DNA from: Mitosporidium daphniae
Taxonomy: Eukaryota
Length of the DNA: 30,925 nt
Assembly (NCBI RefSeq): GCF_000760515.2
Contig: NW_013546154.1
Span: 62,001 to 92,925 of the forward strand
Direction of reading: 5' to 3'
Position 1 is the stretch's first letter; the number at the start of each line of letters is the position of its first letter. This document shows positions 21,357 to 30,925 of this stretch, piece after piece. The notes under the pieces are model-generated. The model made no database searches. It had not been told where the DNA came from and saw nothing but the letters and a program-made list of their open reading frames with translations. A program made the translations under genes and the position numbers.

Positions 21357-22703
21357 TTAACTCTCCTTACGCTCGACAATTTTAGACCTAAGGCCAAGAT
21401 GAGGAACTGCTCCTGGAGCAGAGTGCTTCCTTCTATTTTCCTCTTTGCGCTTCTGTGATTCAAGGATAATTCTTTTCTCCCTTTGGGCAGAAGATATTGG
21501 CTTTGGAATGTGCCGATGTGTGGATATTCGTTTAACTTCTGGGATTTGCGAATATTTGGCCTTCAAAGCGGCTCCATAGTTAAGCGCCTCGGATTGACGT
21601 GAGGGAAGGGCAGAGGACCGAGAAGAAGCTTGCGATCTCCAATAGCGAATTGATCCATCATCTGAGGATGAAAAAATAAACTGATTATCCATGGACCAGC
21701 GAACAGAAAAGACCTTTTGCATTCTTTTGGTGTGGTATACATCCCTGCTCCGTCCATGTTTAGTGGAGAAAATACGCAAGGTGTGGTCGTAGGATCCAGA
21801 GACTAGCTCTTCACCTGTGGGTGAGAAATCCAGGTCTAATAAGGCAGAGGTGTGTCCCTCCAGAACGTTCAAGGGCATATCAAGTCGCCGCATGTCAAAA
21901 AGATATGCGTTTGAATCTTCATTAGCAACGGCAAAATTTAAGGGCTCCATTGGGTTCCAGCAAAGTGAATTTGATTTCATCGTTAAAGTCACCCTGGCAA
22001 GTGGGGAGTCCATCCTCAAATCTAAAAGACCAACTGTTCGATCCAATCCACAAGTACCTAAAATGCTTGCATCTGCGCTATTGAACCGTACGTGGGTAAG
22101 AGTCTCCAAGCCGGGACGTGACCAACGTGTAGTTGCTGTGTTTCTGTCGTGGTTCCATAAGCTAACAACCCCCCCAGCCGCGGTAACAAAAGTATTATCA
22201 AAGGGATGATGATCAAGTCCAGAGACACAGTCTCCAATTTCAAAAGAACGGATGGGCGAATTTGAAGTAGAAGCTGAGGTGTCCCAAAGATGGACAAATC
22301 CGTCATCAGAGCCGGAAACAAATCGACTACCGCTGTGGTCATTGTGAACAAATGACAATGCCCTCACAAAGCGACTGTGTGCATGGCGCATGTTCCAGCG
22401 AGTTTTCTTTGAAGAGATGTCCCAAAGCCTAAGTTCACCATCAGCAGATCCTGAAAGAAGCGTGTTTAAGATTCGAGTGTGTTTTGCCATGGCATAAACA
22501 CCATCATTGTGTCCTGAAAGCGCACCGACAAATGGTTTAGCAAAGAGACGCTCAAGCTTCACAACATTTAGGGCTCTGGTTAGCTCTCTGGGACGTGAGA
22601 ATGGATGCAGCTCTGGATTCATGTTGACCTGGGTCTTAGGCATATCCTGGTTTCTTTCCCTGGAGGCAGAGGCAAACGAATGTGACAATACCTGGATTTT
22701 CAT
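21357..22703 (-). CDS. SOF1: U3 snoRNP WD40 protein Sof1/DCAF13, intronless
   Basis: MKIQVLS, HPFSRPRELTRALNVVKLERLFAKPF, CWNPMEP, SRDVYHTKRMQ, Sof1 C-terminal domain EVKRISTHRHIPK. Confidence 0.96.
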   Translation of the reverse strand: MKIQVLSHSFASASRERNQDMPKTQVNMNPELHPFSRPRELTRALNVVKLERLFAKPFVGALSGHNDGVYAMAKHTRILNTLLSGSADGELRLWDISSKKTRWNMRHAHSRFVRALSFVHNDHSGSRFVSGSDDGFVHLWDTSASTSNSPIRSFEIGDCVSGLDHHPFDNTFVTAAGGVVSLWNHDRNTATTRWSRPGLETLTHVRFNSADASILGTCGLDRTVGLLDLRMDSPLARVTLTMKSNSLCWNPMEPLNFAVANEDSNAYLFDMRRLDMPLNVLEGHTSALLDLDFSPTGEELVSGSYDHTLRIFSTKHGRSRDVYHTKRMQKVFSVRWSMDNQFIFSSSDDGSIRYWRSQASSRSSALPSRQSEALNYGAALKAKYSQIPEVKRISTHRHIPKPISSAQREKRIILESQKRKEENRRKHSAPGAVPHLGLRSKIVERKES

Positions 22704-22849
22704 GATAAAAAAATTACCGTTCAAATTAAACTAAAATGCATCAAATTTTAAATTAAAGCTAGCACATTTTAAGCTTGAACATTTCATTGTTGTAGTTTGT
22801 ACCAAAAATAAACTTGACATTGCCCTCAGCCGCAGTCGATACAGAGCCA

Positions 22850-23502
22850 ATGGTGACATTTGGGATGCGTGATTTTCCCACGAAAAATATGAAATTAGAC
22901 AATTTCTGCACCATAGGGAAAGATTCCTCCAATAATATTGGATCAAAAAGGCGAGAAAGAACTGTCTGGACTCTCAGGGAGATCATGTCTTTGAAGTTAG
23001 GCGTGGCTATGGTAAAACGAATGTGCACATTAATTCTAGTATGGAGTGGGGATGTGGACGAAAATCCTAAAACACCCTCGTTTTTATTTTCACCCGTCAA
23101 GATGTGCGATTGATTTAAAAGATAAGTAAGATTTTGCTCTAGCTTGAAAGATTTAGAAATATGGTGAACGCAAATTATAGCGTGTATCTGGATGACTTGA
23201 ATTTCTTTAGAGTCGGTGCTAGAATTATTGGCATATTCAAAATTTCCGTAAAAGACAACAAGATTTTGTTTTCACTGATAACAAATGTTGTCTCCGCAAT
23301 TATCCATTTAATGCCTTCGCAGCCGCAGCATCCAGATTGGTGTGATGCGGTAAAAAAATATATAAACTTGTCCAAAGATTCAAAAGTAATATCTAAAGAG
23401 GTGGGGCTAAAACTTTTTCGAAGCCTGCAATATGATCGGTCTTTGAGCCAAACCCTGGTATTTTCTGATGAAGCTCTTAGGATGCTTTGTAATCCACAGT
23501 AA
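22850..23502 (+). CDS. Telobox Myb-domain protein (TRF/Tbf1/Teb1 type), about 199 aa; exons 22850-23011, 23040-23125, 23151-23502
   Basis: Removing introns 23012-23039 and 23126-23150 gives KRRERTVWTLREIMSLKLGVAMYGVGMWTKILKHPRFYFHPSRCAIDLKDKFRNM, matching the telobox W..E...L..GV..YG.G.W..I...R...DLKDKWRN consensus. Start Met uncertain. Confidence 0.88.
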
Positions 23503-23607
23503 TTTGGCGTTAAATAGCAAAATGTGCTCGCTGCCCTCCCCTTTACAAATTGCAAAGTCTAAATGGCCAATAAATCACAATTTTGCAAAATGAGATTTTA
23601 ATTTTAA

Positions 23608-24617
23608 ATGTCCACTGGCAATTCATTTAAACGTTACTCGTTAATTGTTTCATGCATCATTTTGACAATTTTTGTCATTAGTATTAGCCTGCTTGCAGTT
23701 ATAGTACAAATCATTACATTTCCCTTTACATCGCCCGAATTTTTCTACCACATCAACTGTTATATTGCTTTCACGATTTGGAGAAGCTTGAATTTTATTT
23801 TGTTCAAAGTAAATGGAAGTCCACCATCGATTGACATTTCTTTTGAAGGATTTCCAAATGGTGTAAATCAGAATGAAATTCCAGAAAAGGAATCTGCAAT
23901 CATTGTGAGCAACCACATTTCAGCCACAGATTTCTATGTCATTCATGCGGCTGCCTTAAGAAGAGGAATGCTGGGTCAAATCCGATATTTTTTAAAGGTT
24001 TGAAGAGAGTGCAGTTACTTTTATTAGGATTCTATTAAATGGATCCCAATTTATGGATTGGGCATGTGGTTCCTTGGGATGATCTATGTTAAGCGTTCTT
24101 GGACTTTGGATAAGAATAATATCAAAAAGCAATTAGCAGGGTTTTCGTATAGCACCAAAAAATGCTTCCCCATTTGGATTGTAACTTTTGCGGAGGGTTC
24201 CCGTATCACACCTTCGAAGCTCAAAGAGGTAAGTCGTGTGATCGAATTCTCCTGTTGTAGGCTCAGGAGTTTTGCAAAGAGAAGGGCGTATCTTACATTC
24301 CATCACACACGCTGGTTCCACGCTCCAAGGGATTTTGTGCTGTTCTCGACGAATTTCGCGAATCCTCTGAAGTTAAATTTATCTATGACTTTACGATTGC
24401 CTATTGGCATCCAATTCATGGATGGGGGGTTCCACCCTCCTTAGCAGATATTAATTTTGGTTTGGTCCCACCGGGGTGCAAGTTTTATGCCCACGTAAAA
24501 AGAATCCCTATCTCAGATATACCTCAAGGTCAAGAAGAAGCCTGGCTTAAAGATCTCTTCATAGAAAAAGACCAACGTTTAGGAAACATAAAGGCAAAGT
24601 GGATGCCTATAAATTAA
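23608..24617 (+). CDS. Lysophospholipid acyltransferase (LCLAT1/AGPAT3/Cst26 type); introns 23998-24027, 24229-24260
   Basis: NHISATD catalytic motif, YFLK|DSIKWIP, FAEGSR, LVPRSKGF, IYDFTIAY, EKD. Confidence 0.9.
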
Positions 24618-24645
24618 TTCCGAATAAAGTTGCATGTAAACTTTA

Positions 24646-24664
24646 TTAGGTTAGGGTTAGGGTT
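24646..24664 (+). repeat. Short interstitial telomere-type repeat TTAGG-TTAGGG-TTAGGG-TT
   Basis: Read directly in the spacer between two convergent stop codons. Confidence 0.75.
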
Positions 24665-24684
24665 TGTGGTACAATGATGTTGCT

Positions 24685-25641
24685 CTATATTAGATGGGAA
24701 ACGAGTCCAATCAAAATCATGACTGCTGAAATTATTAGTGTGGCCGTGATTGAAGCTTGGGAGTTCATGTGAAAGAAAATCGAAAAAAACAGGATAATTT
24801 CATTGGTCGAGATGATATCATAAAGAAATTGGATGAACAGGCCCGTAAGAACGAACCCGGAAATGATGGTTATCACTCTGGATATGATAAGTCCCAAAAA
24901 TTTCATCTTAACCAAAGCTAGGAGGAAGGGAAACCTCCCACCGGCGGCATTTTTGCGAAACTTGTATTCCAGCGAAATATAGCCAAAGTATTTAAAGGTA
25001 GCATAGGAGAAAACAAAAACATGTGCATAATACGGAGAAGGATCCCATCCCAGGATGATTTCAATCGTAGAAAATGTGGCTCTTTTGTGGAAGCCATAGG
25101 CCTCGCGCCAAGCAGGCCCGTCAGGCAGCCAGACAATCGTCGAAAAATGATAAGCAATGGCACCTACAGAAAGATGCTCCATAATCATCAAAAAAAGACA
25201 AGAAAAGAGCCTAGGATAATAATCGGAAAAGTTTAACGCAAATGGCAAAAAAGGATAGAACCCGGTCTTCAGGTATTCCGAGATAAAAAATACCGAAAAT
25301 GAGGTGGAGACCAAACAGTGCAAAGATCTTCCATAGCTCGTAATGGAAAATACAATAGGAAGAATCCCAGGCATCACGTATTGACCATAGTAAAAGATAT
25401 TTAAAAATATTGAAACAGGATTCACATTTATGTTGGGGCCAAATGAAGATGGAGATGATTGTACCATGGGCATTCTATTTTTGTCGGAAGCATAAGTCAT
25501 TACTTTTGAATCAACTTCTTGTACTTCAAGTTCTTTTGGTTCATATAAAGCGACAGGCATGCCATCTTGACCAATAAGCCCATGAGAAACCCCTATAAGT
25601 GCGGCAAGAATCAAAAGATTCCATACTTGGAACCGTATCAT
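24685..25641 (-). CDS. Hypothetical multi-pass membrane protein with signal peptide, intronless
   Basis: MIRFQVWNLLILAALIGVSHG signal-like N-terminus followed by several hydrophobic helices. No recognisable family. Confidence 0.7.
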   Translation of the reverse strand: MIRFQVWNLLILAALIGVSHGLIGQDGMPVALYEPKELEVQEVDSKVMTYASDKNRMPMVQSSPSSFGPNINVNPVSIFLNIFYYGQYVMPGILPIVFSITSYGRSLHCLVSTSFSVFFISEYLKTGFYPFLPFALNFSDYYPRLFSCLFLMIMEHLSVGAIAYHFSTIVWLPDGPAWREAYGFHKRATFSTIEIILGWDPSPYYAHVFVFSYATFKYFGYISLEYKFRKNAAGGRFPFLLALVKMKFLGLIISRVITIISGFVLTGLFIQFLYDIISTNEIILFFSIFFHMNSQASITATLIISAVMILIGLVSHLI

Positions 25642-25725
25642 GAAGCCAAAAAATGCTGTGTGATTTTTTAAGCCAATCAATTTTTAGAGGAAAATAAACT
25701 TTAAAGCAGAAATTTAACCACATCA

Positions 25726-26709
25726 ATGCCATCTTTGGTGAAGATTTCTAAAGTTGCCGTGATTGGGGCTGGTCAAATGGGGGCAGGTATTGCCCAAGTG
25801 GTGGCTCAAAAGGCACAGCTTCCCGTTTATCTATTTGACTCCGAACCTGGAGCTTTAAAGCTGGCAATTGCATCAATTGAATCAAGATTAATTATGGACG
25901 TCGAGAAAGGGAAAACATCTACACACGAATATAGGCTTGCAAGATCTAGAATTCAACATATCGATAAATTGGAGCAGGCTTCAGATGCAGACATAATAAT
26001 CGAAGCTATAAATGAAGATTTGGCGATAAAGACCAAGCTTTTCAAGCAGCTCAACTCGATCGTGAATAAAGAGGCAATTTTGGCGTCAAACACTTCCTCT
26101 ATTAGTATCACTAAATTGGCATCGGTAGTTGAAAATCCAGAACGAGTATATCTTTACATTTATCATTGCTCTGTTTAGGTGATCGGAATGCACTTTATGA
26201 AACCAGGTAAGTGAATGATCTCTTATGGACCAGTCCCTGTTATGCCGTTGGTTGAGCTTGTTCGTGGATTTTCAACAAGTGATTCCACTGTTCAGAAGAT
26301 TGTTTCGTTTTCAAAACTGCTGGGAAAAGCGATCGGATTTGCAAAAGATACTCCTGGCTTTCTGGTAAACAGGCTATACATGCCTTACATCAACGAGGCA
26401 GTATATGCCCTTTCAGAAGTATTTTAAAAGACATAAGATATAGGGGATAGCGACAAGAGATGATATTGATTTAATGATGAAGAGCGGGTGTAATCTGCCA
26501 ATGGGTCCATTGGAGGTAGCAGACTTTATTGGCCTGGACACTTGTCTTTCCATTATGCAAGGTAGTTGTTATTGGGATCATCATTACTAGTGCTACATTC
26601 GCAACTTGGAGATCCTAAATATCGTCCATGCCCACTTTTAGCGCAGTATGTAGATGCGGGGCACCTGGGAAGAAAGGTTGGAAAGGGCTTTTACTTGTAC
26701 AAAAATTGA
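25726..26709 (+). CDS. 3-hydroxyacyl/3-hydroxybutyryl-CoA dehydrogenase; introns 26146-26178, 26207-26233, 26419-26443, 26562-26590
   Basis: [15 protein letters not shown]ossmann motif, [47 protein letters not shown]...[17 protein letters not shown]. Confidence 0.93.
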
Positions 26710-26872
26710 GAAGACGAATAAAATGCGTGCAATGTGCCGTGCTGTGTGATATGATTTGAATTTAATGTTAACTTTGTGGCCAATTAATTTTTCGTGCCTT
26801 TACACTCGAGGGGCTTGCAAGCGGGGCGTTTTAAATTTTAGGATTCTTTATTCGCAGCATTTATCGTGCAAC

Positions 26873-27700
26873 TCAAATGCACAAAATAAGATGAGAAAGG
26901 GAAATTAAAGCCACCACCACTATAGACGGAGCAATTGGAAACGACCAGGATTCATCTGAGGCAGTGGTGGTGCGAGAAAGCGATCTATTGATGGAAAGCG
27001 ACGTTGAATTTTGGAAAGTCGATGCTGATGTGATAGATCTATGCGTTTGTGCAGATGTAGATGTAGCTGTTATAAATGTGGTGGGGGTCTGCTCAAATGA
27101 TGTCGGTATTGAGTCTGTAGTTGCTTGGGTGGCTGGGCTTGAAGATGTGGGAATTGATTGAATATTGGAGGAAACCACGCCGCTAGTTGGTACCATACTG
27201 GAAAATGGCACTGGAACTATTGTACTGATTGCAGATGAGGGAAAAGAGGTATCAGTGGAAGCAAAAGATGTGCTAACGATGATAAAAGAGGTCAAAGCAG
27301 AGGTACTGGCTGGGACGGTGTTAGTAATGGGAAAAGAAGTAATAATCTCAGCAGAGGTACTAATTGGAACAGAGGTAATTGGAATAGAGGTGATCGGAAC
27401 AGAGGTAATCGGAACAGAGGTAATCGGAACAGAGGTAATCGGAACAGAAGTAATCGGAGCAGAAGTAATCGGAGCAGAAGTAATCGGAACAGAAGTAATC
27501 GGAACAGAGGTAATAATGGTGACAGAAGTTTCTGGGATTGAAGATCTTGTAGACACTGGTATGATAGCTGTAGATTCTGTTCTAAATGAAGTTGGAAATA
27601 TAGATGTCGCCAGCGAACTAACGGGCACAATAAATGCGCATGGCGATGCAATAATGAATAACACCAAAAGCAATGCACCTGGTGTCGAAATTTGGAGCAT
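26873..27700 (-). CDS. Ser/Thr/Pro-rich mucin-like surface protein with ITSVP repeats, signal peptide and C-terminal hydrophobic (GPI/TM) tail, 275 aa
   Basis: MLQISTPGALLLVLFIIASPCA N-terminus, S/T-rich body, hydrophobic tail IVVVALISLSHLILCI. Confidence 0.8.
   Translation of the reverse strand: MLQISTPGALLLVLFIIASPCAFIVPVSSLATSIFPTSFRTESTAIIPVSTRSSIPETSVTIITSVPITSVPITSAPITSAPITSVPITSVPITSVPITSVPITSIPITSVPISTSAEIITSFPITNTVPASTSALTSFIIVSTSFASTDTSFPSSAISTIVPVPFSSMVPTSGVVSSNIQSIPTSSSPATQATTDSIPTSFEQTPTTFITATSTSAQTHRSITSASTFQNSTSLSINRSLSRTTTASDESWSFPIAPSIVVVALISLSHLILCI
27366..27515 (-). repeat. Coding minisatellite, 10 x 15 bp, encoding ITS(V/A/I)P
   Basis: Plus-strand unit GGA(A/G)CAGA(G/A)GTAATC repeated in tandem with few variants. 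Confidence 0.95.
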
Positions 27701-27905
27701 AATTGAACCGATGCTTGGCAAATATATAATGTCATAAGAAGACTGATGATCACATCGCTCAATGAGGAGAGTATTTTGGATTCGCTCATCAAAAGCTTCC
27801 AAAAATGGAAATCCAGATACAAACCTGCTTAAAGGAATTCTTTAATCAGAATGGTACTGTAAACAAAAAGGAGCATGCCTTTGTGCCTTTTTTATCGCAC
27901 TATAG

Positions 27906-28334
27906 ATGCTTCGAAGTCTGATCTTCATATGCCTCCTCATCACTTTTGTCTTGGCTGACGACACAAACACAAGTTCAACCATGGAGATTCCGACGATCTC
28001 TCCTACAATTGACCCATCAGGCATGACAGTGATAAATGTTACATCCGTTGTGCCCACAGCAACTGTTGAAGTTCCGGCAACAACTACCATCCAATGCGAC
28101 ACCAACATTGATCCTGTGTGTATTCCCCTTGTCACCGTGGAGACAAGTACAACTTCGATTTTCGGATCTACGTTCTACACAAATGTATCTACGGCGTTGG
28201 AAAGTTTGATGAATTCGATTGTAAATGGGACCGGGCCAGAAAGCAGCACTAGTAGCCTTAAGGAAAGGCTTTCAACACAAATCGTAGCCACAATTTTAAG
28301 TGTCAGTATAGCATTAGCGATTCTCGTAATTTGA
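27906..28334 (+). CDS. Small Thr-rich secreted, probably GPI-anchored protein, 142 aa
   Basis: Signal peptide MLRSLIFICLLITFVLA, Thr-rich body with one Cys pair (CDTNIDPVC), hydrophobic C-terminus. Confidence 0.8.
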   Translation: MLRSLIFICLLITFVLADDTNTSSTMEIPTISPTIDPSGMTVINVTSVVPTATVEVPATTTIQCDTNIDPVCIPLVTVETSTTSIFGSTFYTNVSTALESLMNSIVNGTGPESSTSSLKERLSTQIVATILSVSIALAILVI

Positions 28335-28414
28335 ATGTTGCTGAATAAAAGGACTTTAAAATTTAAATTTAGCTGATTGCAACTTCAATGGTGCTGGAAT
28401 CAGGAATGCTCAAA

Positions 28415-29763
28415 TCAGATAAATACATCATTGAAGCGGTACGCTTTTGCAAAGATACCTGTGATAAAACCTAAAGAGAAGCTTGTGGAAAATACCTCCG
28501 ATTCCTTTCTAACCATGAGATGCGATATTTTCACTGAGCTTGTTGTCGCGGAGCCTGTTAACATTGAGCAGATGATGCCTAGCAAATGATAGAGTCGAAG
28601 AGATCCTAAAATAAGAAAAAAAGATACTTGGAATCGGTGGCAGCGCAATTTCTTTATGGAAAAGATTTGAGGCCACTTTGAGGTCTAAAATGTAAGCATG
28701 TGGCGTCATACTTTGGATGTATCTTGAACAAACAAGTGCCACTGGAGAAACAAAACCAGAGTCAAAGCCAAATTCTAACGTTAGAGAACAAACAAACACA
28801 CACTGTTTTTTAAAACATCAAGTCTGGGATGATTTCTTTTGGCATCTTCATGCGCAAAGTAGTGTACATATCTTTCTTCGCATGTTCTTCGATGCTCATC
28901 ATCAATAAAGCTGCCGTTCAAATATTTCAATTGCGGTAAAGTTGCAACTATTCGATGTTCAAATGGAAACCCGGCTTCTGCACTTGGGTAATTGATATAT
29001 ACAGAAAAAAGCCTGGAAAGTTTACAAAACGAGCCGATGACATGCCAAAAATATTCCACTTTGTCTTGGGCATTGTCATCTTCAAGTAAAACGCAATTTT
29101 TAACAAAAATCTTTTCAACCTCATGATCTGAAGGAAGGTTGTTAATGTTACAAGTAAGCGACAATTCGTTATCGTTGATATTGATCACTTTACATCTATG
29201 TAGTTAGCAGCATAAGCAATATAAACCGACATACTTTGAAAATGTTCTCAATACCTTCTCTAAAGAGGAAATCCGGTTTGATTCAAGAATAATCGAATGG
29301 GCTCGTATGTCTTGAAATAAATCCAAATGGGCATCTGACACTTTGCAACATGAAAAATTCAGCTCATTGAAAAAACACGAGCGGAGACATGGAAAGATTT
29401 GCAAAAAGTTTTCGATTGGGATGGAAATGATGGCCAGTGCATTTACAGAGATCGGTATTTTCCATAAACGGCTTAAAGCATGAGAACAAGATACGCTCCT
29501 AACATGTCACAAAATGGGACCTACTCGATTGAGATGCGCGAGAGGCTGGGAAACAAATGGCAACAGAAGCGGAACGCCTCATCTAATGGCAACGCAGTGC
29601 AATGTTGAATGTATATTTCTTGGATATTTGGAAGCGGACACATATTCGAGTTCTCTGGAAAGGCAGTAGTGGTGTGTGCACATTGATCAATAGAAATTAT
29701 CTTTACTTTTGAAAAAAGAAGATGCTCATATTTATCAACGGCACATTCCCACAATGAAGCCAT
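28415..29763 (-). CDS. Tubulin cofactor E-like LRR protein (TBCE/TBCEL/Pac2 type) without CAP-Gly; introns 29499-29524, 29196-29234, 28775-28803, 28606-28627
   Basis: Four micro-introns join five ORF-track fragments. Degenerate LRRs, LRR-cap RIVATLPQLKYLNGSFIDDEHRRTCEERYV, HPRL motif, possible ubiquitin-like C-terminus. Confidence 0.72.
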
Positions 29764-29941
29764 AAGATGCCGTAAAATTTAAAATTCAAACTCGATTATT
29801 TCAGTGTGTGACTAGTGAGGGGGTCTTGCTTTTAATCAAGTAAAGTTTAGAGCCAAATTAAAGTGCAGACAAAATACAATGTATTGCGAAAATATATTGA
29901 TTGCTAAATTCATTGGGGAGGGGTTTGCTACAGCTGCAGGG

Positions 29942-30898
29942 TTAGGCATGATATCCCGAGATGACCTCTGTATATTTTTCATACAATGCAGGATTGCTAG
30001 TTTGAACGCCCCGCGGCTCTTCACAAAAGCAGACAATCGAAGTATTGATGCCAGATCTAATCATCTCTGCCAACATTGCATATGAAAGCAGAAACTCCAA
30101 TGCAGTGATGAATATGTAAATTTCAGCTGCAGATTGCGTGAGCTTGTAAAGGACAATGGAGACCAGAAATTTTCCATATAAAGACCCACCAACAGTAACG
30201 GCAAGCATTCCAAGGGTAAGGACCACACCTGAAAGAACATCATTTACAATTAGCTCAACACCAGAACGCCGGATCAAAGACCAGCAGTCTTTTGCTGAAG
30301 AGACGAAAGAGCGGCCATATATTGCAAGCTCAGTGTAGGCAAAAAAGTTGAAATAGGAGGCAAGATTTTCAATGCATCCCAAAATACAATCAGCAATCGC
30401 GCCGACCACAGACTTCTCGTCTTTTAGAGACCTCACCATGAATCTGATTGTTTGAATTGCAGCAACGATCAAGGACCCAAAGCAAATTGATCCAAACGAT
30501 GTTGTAAGAGCGCGTTGAAGACATTTGCTGATCGGAGATGAATACTTGCCTCCAGTCAAGTAAAAACTTGCAAATACACCGGAAATGGTGACGTGTAATA
30601 CATTCATCAACACCTGGCAAGTCCAAAACAGGGAAAGAGTGCTAAAAGAAAAACACATCATTAAAAGACCGGGACTGAGCACTTTTTGCGATGCGGCTCC
30701 GGCTATCAAGACGAACGTGAACAGAGCGAAAGACGCATATATGAACTGCAAAATAAGCTGGAAAATCGATACAAAGACCATGGTGGGATAAAACTCTAAA
30801 ATTCTGAGAGTAGTTTTAAGTACAAGAGCGGTGAGCGGAATTTTATGCCGCGCTCGCCAAAAGAACAAACTGTTGATAAGAAACATAATTCCGAGCAA
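29942..30898 (-). CDS. PNS1: Choline transporter-like protein (CTL/SLC44/Pns1), 5'-partial
   Basis: RHKIP, FWTCQVLMNVLHVTISGVFASFY, RALTTSFGSICFGSLIVA, YFNFFAYTELAIYGRSFVSSAKDCW. 5' end unresolved. Confidence 0.9.
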   Translation of the reverse strand: MLGIMFLINSLFFWRARHKIPLTALVLKTTLRILEFYPTMVFVSIFQLILQFIYASFALFTFVLIAGAASQKVLSPGLLMMCFSFSTLSLFWTCQVLMNVLHVTISGVFASFYLTGGKYSSPISKCLQRALTTSFGSICFGSLIVAAIQTIRFMVRSLKDEKSVVGAIADCILGCIENLASYFNFFAYTELAIYGRSFVSSAKDCWSLIRRSGVELIVNDVLSGVVLTLGMLAVTVGGSLYGKFLVSIVLYKLTQSAAEIYIFITALEFLLSYAMLAEMIRSGINTSIVCFCEEPRGVQTSNPALYEKYTEVISGYHA

Positions 30899-30925
30899 GA
30901 TAGAAGGCAGGATTGCAGTTCATAT

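Noticed and set aside
22759..23555. Minus-strand ORFs 22759-23100 and 23175-23555
   Set aside because: Antisense shadows of the spliced telobox Myb gene.
24646..24664. Telomerase template (CTAACCCTAAC on the minus strand) or true telomere
   Set aside because: It sits in a 67-bp gap between convergent genes with only about three repeats, leaving no room for an RNA gene.
27165..27822. EVIGT-repeat (+) and Leu/Arg-repeat (-) ORFs; array as CRISPR-like
   Set aside because: These are alternate frames of the 15-bp coding minisatellite. There are no spacers and the context is eukaryotic.

Overview
Gene-dense segment of a compact eukaryotic nuclear genome. It carries about 26 protein genes and one tRNA-Thr(UGU), separated by very short intergenic spacers. 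I hand-spliced 47 spliceosomal introns: 44 are 22-39 nt and three are outliers (58, 105 and 132 nt). Several features point to a fungal-related intracellular parasite, probably a Rozellomycota or short-branch microsporidian (this lineage call is inference): an adjacent RPS9-RPL21 pair, AAATTT-type signals just upstream of start codons, reduced proteins (Raptor without WD40, Nup54 without FG repeats), and retained mitochondrial genes (ACP, enoyl-CoA hydratase). Micro-introns hide three genes from the ORF track: SF3B5, a 143-aa BRCA1-like RING-only protein whose first two intron positions match human BRCA1, and a TRF/Tbf1-type telobox Myb protein. Other notable signals are a signal-peptide-bearing atypical kinase, a 24-nt Rac intron with no internal branch-point adenosine, two GC-AG introns, TAGGGTT motifs concentrated in intergenic DNA, and a four-hairpin structured spacer upstream of Rac. 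All gene calls are by motif recognition from memory; no database search was run.
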